Source of the DNA: Promethearchaeota archaeon
GTDB lineage: Archaea > Asgardarchaeota > Lokiarchaeia > Sigyniarchaeales > SOKP01
Length of the DNA stretch: 11,246 nt
Assembly: GCA_048941265.1 (NCBI GenBank)
Contig: JBHLNT010000134.1
Span: 1-11,246 of the forward strand
Reading direction: 5' to 3'
Of this stretch, positions 8,958 to 11,246 are shown piece by piece. Under the pieces are notes generated by a model. That model made no database searches, had not been told where the DNA came from, and saw only the letters and a list, made by a program, of their open reading frames with translations. Position 1 is the first letter of the stretch; each line of letters begins with the position of its first letter. The position numbers were made by a program, and so were the translations under genes.

Positions 8958-9452
8958 TTAACCACCTCCCACTGGCTCAAAACCCGCTATATCATCGGGA
9001 TGGCCCTTAATTCTTGTAGCCCATACAGCTTTAACTTTCATCCCTTCCTTTACATCATCAGGAGTGGTATTTACGATTGGTACAACCATGGCTGAATCTG
9101 CTCCATCCACTTGAACCAATCCAACTATAATTGGATCCTTCCCTTTTCTTACTCTACGCTCTGTAACACTGTAATTCGTTACTGTGAAATTTTTAAGCAC
9201 TCCTGTTTCAGGCAATTCTACAAATTCTTCAGCTTTAGCAAAACAATCACCACATCTATTTCTTGGAGGTAAAAATACCTTTCCGCACTTTGAACACTTT
9301 GTACCTATAAACTGTTTGTTTTGTAGACCATCATAGAATTTATCCATTACGATACCAACCCAGAAGTCAAATTCGGCTCTTACCATTCCTCGTTTTACAT
9401 AAACATCTTGTTCATCTTCAAGATTTATGTTTGAAATCTTTTTTTCACCCAA
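8958..9452 (-). CDS. DUF35-family Zn-ribbon + OB-fold protein
   Basis: KFYDGL...F.GTKCSKCGKVFLPPRNRCGDC, then LPETG.L.NFTV, DGAD and GMKVKAVW. The TTG start at 9452 is uncertain; an internal ATG (MVRAEF) is an alternative. Confidence 0.9.
   Translation of the reverse strand: MGEKKISNINLEDEQDVYVKRGMVRAEFDFWVGIVMDKFYDGLQNKQFIGTKCSKCGKVFLPPRNRCGDCFAKAEEFVELPETGVLKNFTVTNYSVTERRVRKGKDPIIVGLVQVDGADSAMVVPIVNTTPDDVKEGMKVKAVWATRIKGHPDDIAGFEPVGGG
8963..8969 (-). promoter_or_regulatory. Shine-Dalgarno GGAGGTG for the ltp4-like gene
   Basis: The minus strand reads GTG GGA GGT GGT TAA AC TTG. Confidence 0.75.
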
Positions 9453-9593
9453 TAATTTTACTTAATATTTTGTTTTAAATTTTAATTATTAATTAATCAG
9501 TTTTCATTATAAATATAACTAAGCGACTTAAACCAGAATTTATTTAATCGTAAATTATTGATTGATTTAAGCTCAAAACAATTTGTTAAAAAT

Positions 9594-9615
9594 TAAAAGA
9601 AAAAAAAAGAAAAAA
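9594..9615 (-). terminator. Strong oligo-T terminator candidate ending the 9616-9773 element
   Basis: The minus strand reads TTTTTTCTTTTTTTTTCTTTT immediately after CACTTGATC. It is the longest T-rich tract in the window and lies about 280 nt past the ltaE stop. Confidence 0.6.
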
Positions 9616-9773
9616 GATCAAGTGCTCTGCATGTTCATTGCTAAATTTATTTAAGGTGAACCTTCTCCGCATCCCGGTATGGAAACACCCATGCTTGCCA
9701 TACTGAGACCGTAAGATAATGTTAATAAGATTACTAGAGCCACTACTACACTTTTATTTAATTTCACTTGATC
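9616..9773 (-). ncRNA. Putative structured RNA of unknown family (ncRNA or structured small mRNA)
   Basis: A perfect 9-bp closing stem GAUCAAGUG/CACUUGAUC, a roughly 22-bp bulged hairpin at 9664-9716, and two further stems. G-U pairs favour the minus strand, and the element ends at a U-tract. Folded by eye only. Confidence 0.45.
9651..9767 (-). CDS. Unannotated 38-aa peptide with a signal-peptide/single-TM profile: MKLNKSVVVALVILLTLSYGLSMASMGVSIPGCGEGSP
   Basis: GTG9767 to TAA9651 is 117 nt. It has a basic N-region, a hydrophobic core (VVVALVILLTL) and a small-residue C-region. An in-frame stop at about 9792-9794 rules out a longer ORF. It is below the size cut-off of the ORF track and has no clear SD. 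Confidence 0.45.
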   Translation of the reverse strand: MKLNKSVVVALVILLTLSYGLSMASMGVSIPGCGEGSP

Positions 9774-9890
9774 GTCAACTCTATTTTTTAATTAAATTAT
9801 ATTTTTTCTTAGAGTTACACGATATAAATAAAGAGAGGTATATTTAAACTCCACAAATTTAAAAAATTTTAATGTATAAAAATCTACTTT

Positions 9891-10937
9891 TTATAACAGT
9901 TTTTTTAGAACTCTACCAATTTTCTCGATACTATATTGAATGTCGTCTTCATTGATTCCATAATGCGTGACAAAACGAATTCTATGCTTATCGATATTAA
10001 ATGCCAAAACACCCTCATTTCCGAAAGCCCTGACGACTTTTCCAATTCGAATACCTTCAGGAACAGAAATTATCAGGATATTAGTATCAGGCTTTAATAT
10101 TTTAATTGGTAAATTAAAACTTCCAATTCCCTCGGCAAGCAGTTTAGCATTCTTATGATCCTCATCAAGTCTTTGAATCCATTTTGATTCAAGAGCAACC
10201 AATCCAAAGGATGCAATGACTCCAGCTTGTCTCATCCCTCCTCCCACCATTTTTCTATATTTTCTTGCTTCTGAAATGAAACTTTTAGGACCAGCCACTA
10301 AAGAGCCAACAGGACAAGAAAGCCCTTTTGAGAGACAAAACATGACACTATCAACATGCTGAGTAATTTCAGTTATATTTACCCCTAGCCCGACGGCAGC
10401 ATTAAATACTCTTGCTCCATCCAGATGGAATTTTAATCCGTTATTTACAGCAAACTGCTTCAAATCTCTTAAAATATTAGGTTGGATTATAGCTCCTCCG
10501 TGATAGTTATGTGTGTTTTCTGAGCATAATAAAGTCGTTGGATTTTCTTTTTCTCTATCATTTTCGATTATTTTTTGTAGATCATCTATTGAAGGAGCGC
10601 CTCTATTAGAGGAATACACGTTTATATTTAATCCTGCGATTTTTGAAGCACTACTTAATTCATTTTGATAAATATGGCATTGTTCTTCAATCATGATTTC
10701 TTCACCACGATTAGTATGAGCTAACAAAGAAACAAGGTTTCCTTGTGTTCCTGAAGTGACATACACAGCAGCTTCTTTTCCAACTATTTTCGCGGCTCTT
10801 TCTTCTAATTCATTTACAGCAGGATCTTCACCAAACACGTCATCTCCTATGCGAGAATTATCTAAGGATTTAATCATTTCCCACATTTCGGGAGATGGTT
10901 TAGTAATTGTGTCTGATCGCAAATCAACTATTTTCAT
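9891..10937 (-). CDS. ltaE: Low-specificity L-threonine aldolase (PLP-dependent)
   Basis: Motifs VDLRSDT.TKP, GDDVFGEDP, SGTQGN, ENTHN, HLDGARVFNA, FCLSKGL (PLP lysine), GGGMRQAG and IRFVTH. Confidence 0.95.
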   Translation of the reverse strand: MKIVDLRSDTITKPSPEMWEMIKSLDNSRIGDDVFGEDPAVNELEERAAKIVGKEAAVYVTSGTQGNLVSLLAHTNRGEEIMIEEQCHIYQNELSSASKIAGLNINVYSSNRGAPSIDDLQKIIENDREKENPTTLLCSENTHNYHGGAIIQPNILRDLKQFAVNNGLKFHLDGARVFNAAVGLGVNITEITQHVDSVMFCLSKGLSCPVGSLVAGPKSFISEARKYRKMVGGGMRQAGVIASFGLVALESKWIQRLDEDHKNAKLLAEGIGSFNLPIKILKPDTNILIISVPEGIRIGKVVRAFGNEGVLAFNIDKHRIRFVTHYGINEDDIQYSIEKIGRVLKKLL

Positions 10938-10985
10938 TTATTATCCCTATAAATTTCCTATTCATTATATTGAGTTAATAAAGAA

Positions 10986-11246
10986 TTAAAAACTATATGC
11001 TGGCAAAAACTCATAGAGAACATCTTCTTCTAAATTTAAGAGAAATTCAGGAGTGATTTTATCTATGTAGATTTTTTCCGTTCTTGCAAGGGTAATTACT
11101 TCAGTTTGTAAATCTTTATCGTACCAATGTTTTAAAAGTCCTATTCTTGAAACTTTTTTATTATTTAGGATACTATTAAGAAAATCGAGCCAACGGGTTA
11201 TTTCCTTCTCTCGCTCCATAGGAGTAAGTTTTTTGCCTATTGTTGA
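10986..11246 (-). CDS. Hypothetical protein, C-terminal part; probably 5'-truncated by the window edge
   Basis: The frame stays open upstream of ATG11219 to the window end (STIGKKLTP-MERE...). Composition is protein-like and it is co-directional with ltaE. No motif recognised. Confidence 0.6.
   Translation of the reverse strand, partial: STIGKKLTPMEREKEITRWLDFLNSILNNKKVSRIGLLKHWYDKDLQTEVITLARTEKIYIDKITPEFLLNLEEDVLYEFLPAYSF

Noticed and set aside
8880-9095. Plus-strand 71-aa ORF
   Set aside because: Antisense across the DUF35/ltp4-like junction; no motif.
9577-9587. Palindrome AACAA-T-TTGTT upstream of the operon as a KstR-like operator
   Set aside because: Short, AT-rich, does not fit TnnAACnnGTTnnA spacing, and no second copy or regulator gene was seen.
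9616-9642. SECIS-like AUGA...UGAU on the minus strand
   Set aside because: Spacing is too short for a SECIS helix, and no nearby gene has an in-frame TGA at a Cys-equivalent position. The TGA stops at 3258 and 6574 fall at normal C-termini.
9675-9725. TPP-riboswitch-like words on the + strand (CUGAGA, GAUAAUG)
   Set aside because: The P4/P5 core (ACCUGAU...CGUAGG) is missing and there is no downstream plus-strand gene.
9616-9773. MITE interpretation of the 9-bp terminal inverted repeat
   Set aside because: No target-site duplication and no transposase in the window, and internal G-U-biased stems fit RNA better. It cannot be fully excluded without a genome-wide copy search.
9967-10989. Plus-strand ORFs 9967..10158 and 10756..10989
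   Set aside because: Antisense shadows of ltaE.
1-11246. CRISPR arrays, tRNA/rRNA genes, transposases
   Set aside because: No periodic repeats, cloverleaf or rRNA signatures, or transposase motifs were seen.

Overview
Low-GC, gene-dense prokaryotic window that looks archaeal: GGAGGTG(A) Shine-Dalgarno sites, U-tract terminators without hairpins, and an aldehyde:ferredoxin oxidoreductase. An Asgard/Lokiarchaeia-like origin is plausible but is inference only. The 3' end of the AOR gene (+) converges on a minus-strand lipid/acyl-CoA catabolic block. In transcription order it reads DUF35, Ltp4-like, Ltp3-like, DUF35, acyl-CoA ligase, atypical crotonase, CrtI/RetSat-like flavoprotein, FNR-[2Fe-2S] reductase. 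Both thiolase-fold proteins lack the thiolase catalytic Cys/His. They resemble the actinobacterial Ltp3/Ltp4 retro-aldolase pair used on C24-branched sterol side chains, with the tandem-DUF35 partner present here as two separate genes. Between this operon and L-threonine aldolase (ltaE) is an unannotated 158-nt element (9616-9773, minus strand). It folds by eye into a closed multi-stem RNA ending at a U-tract and contains a 38-codon ORF for a signal-peptide/TM-like peptide. Its GUG start lies inside the 5'-3' closing stem. The window ends inside a truncated hypothetical gene.
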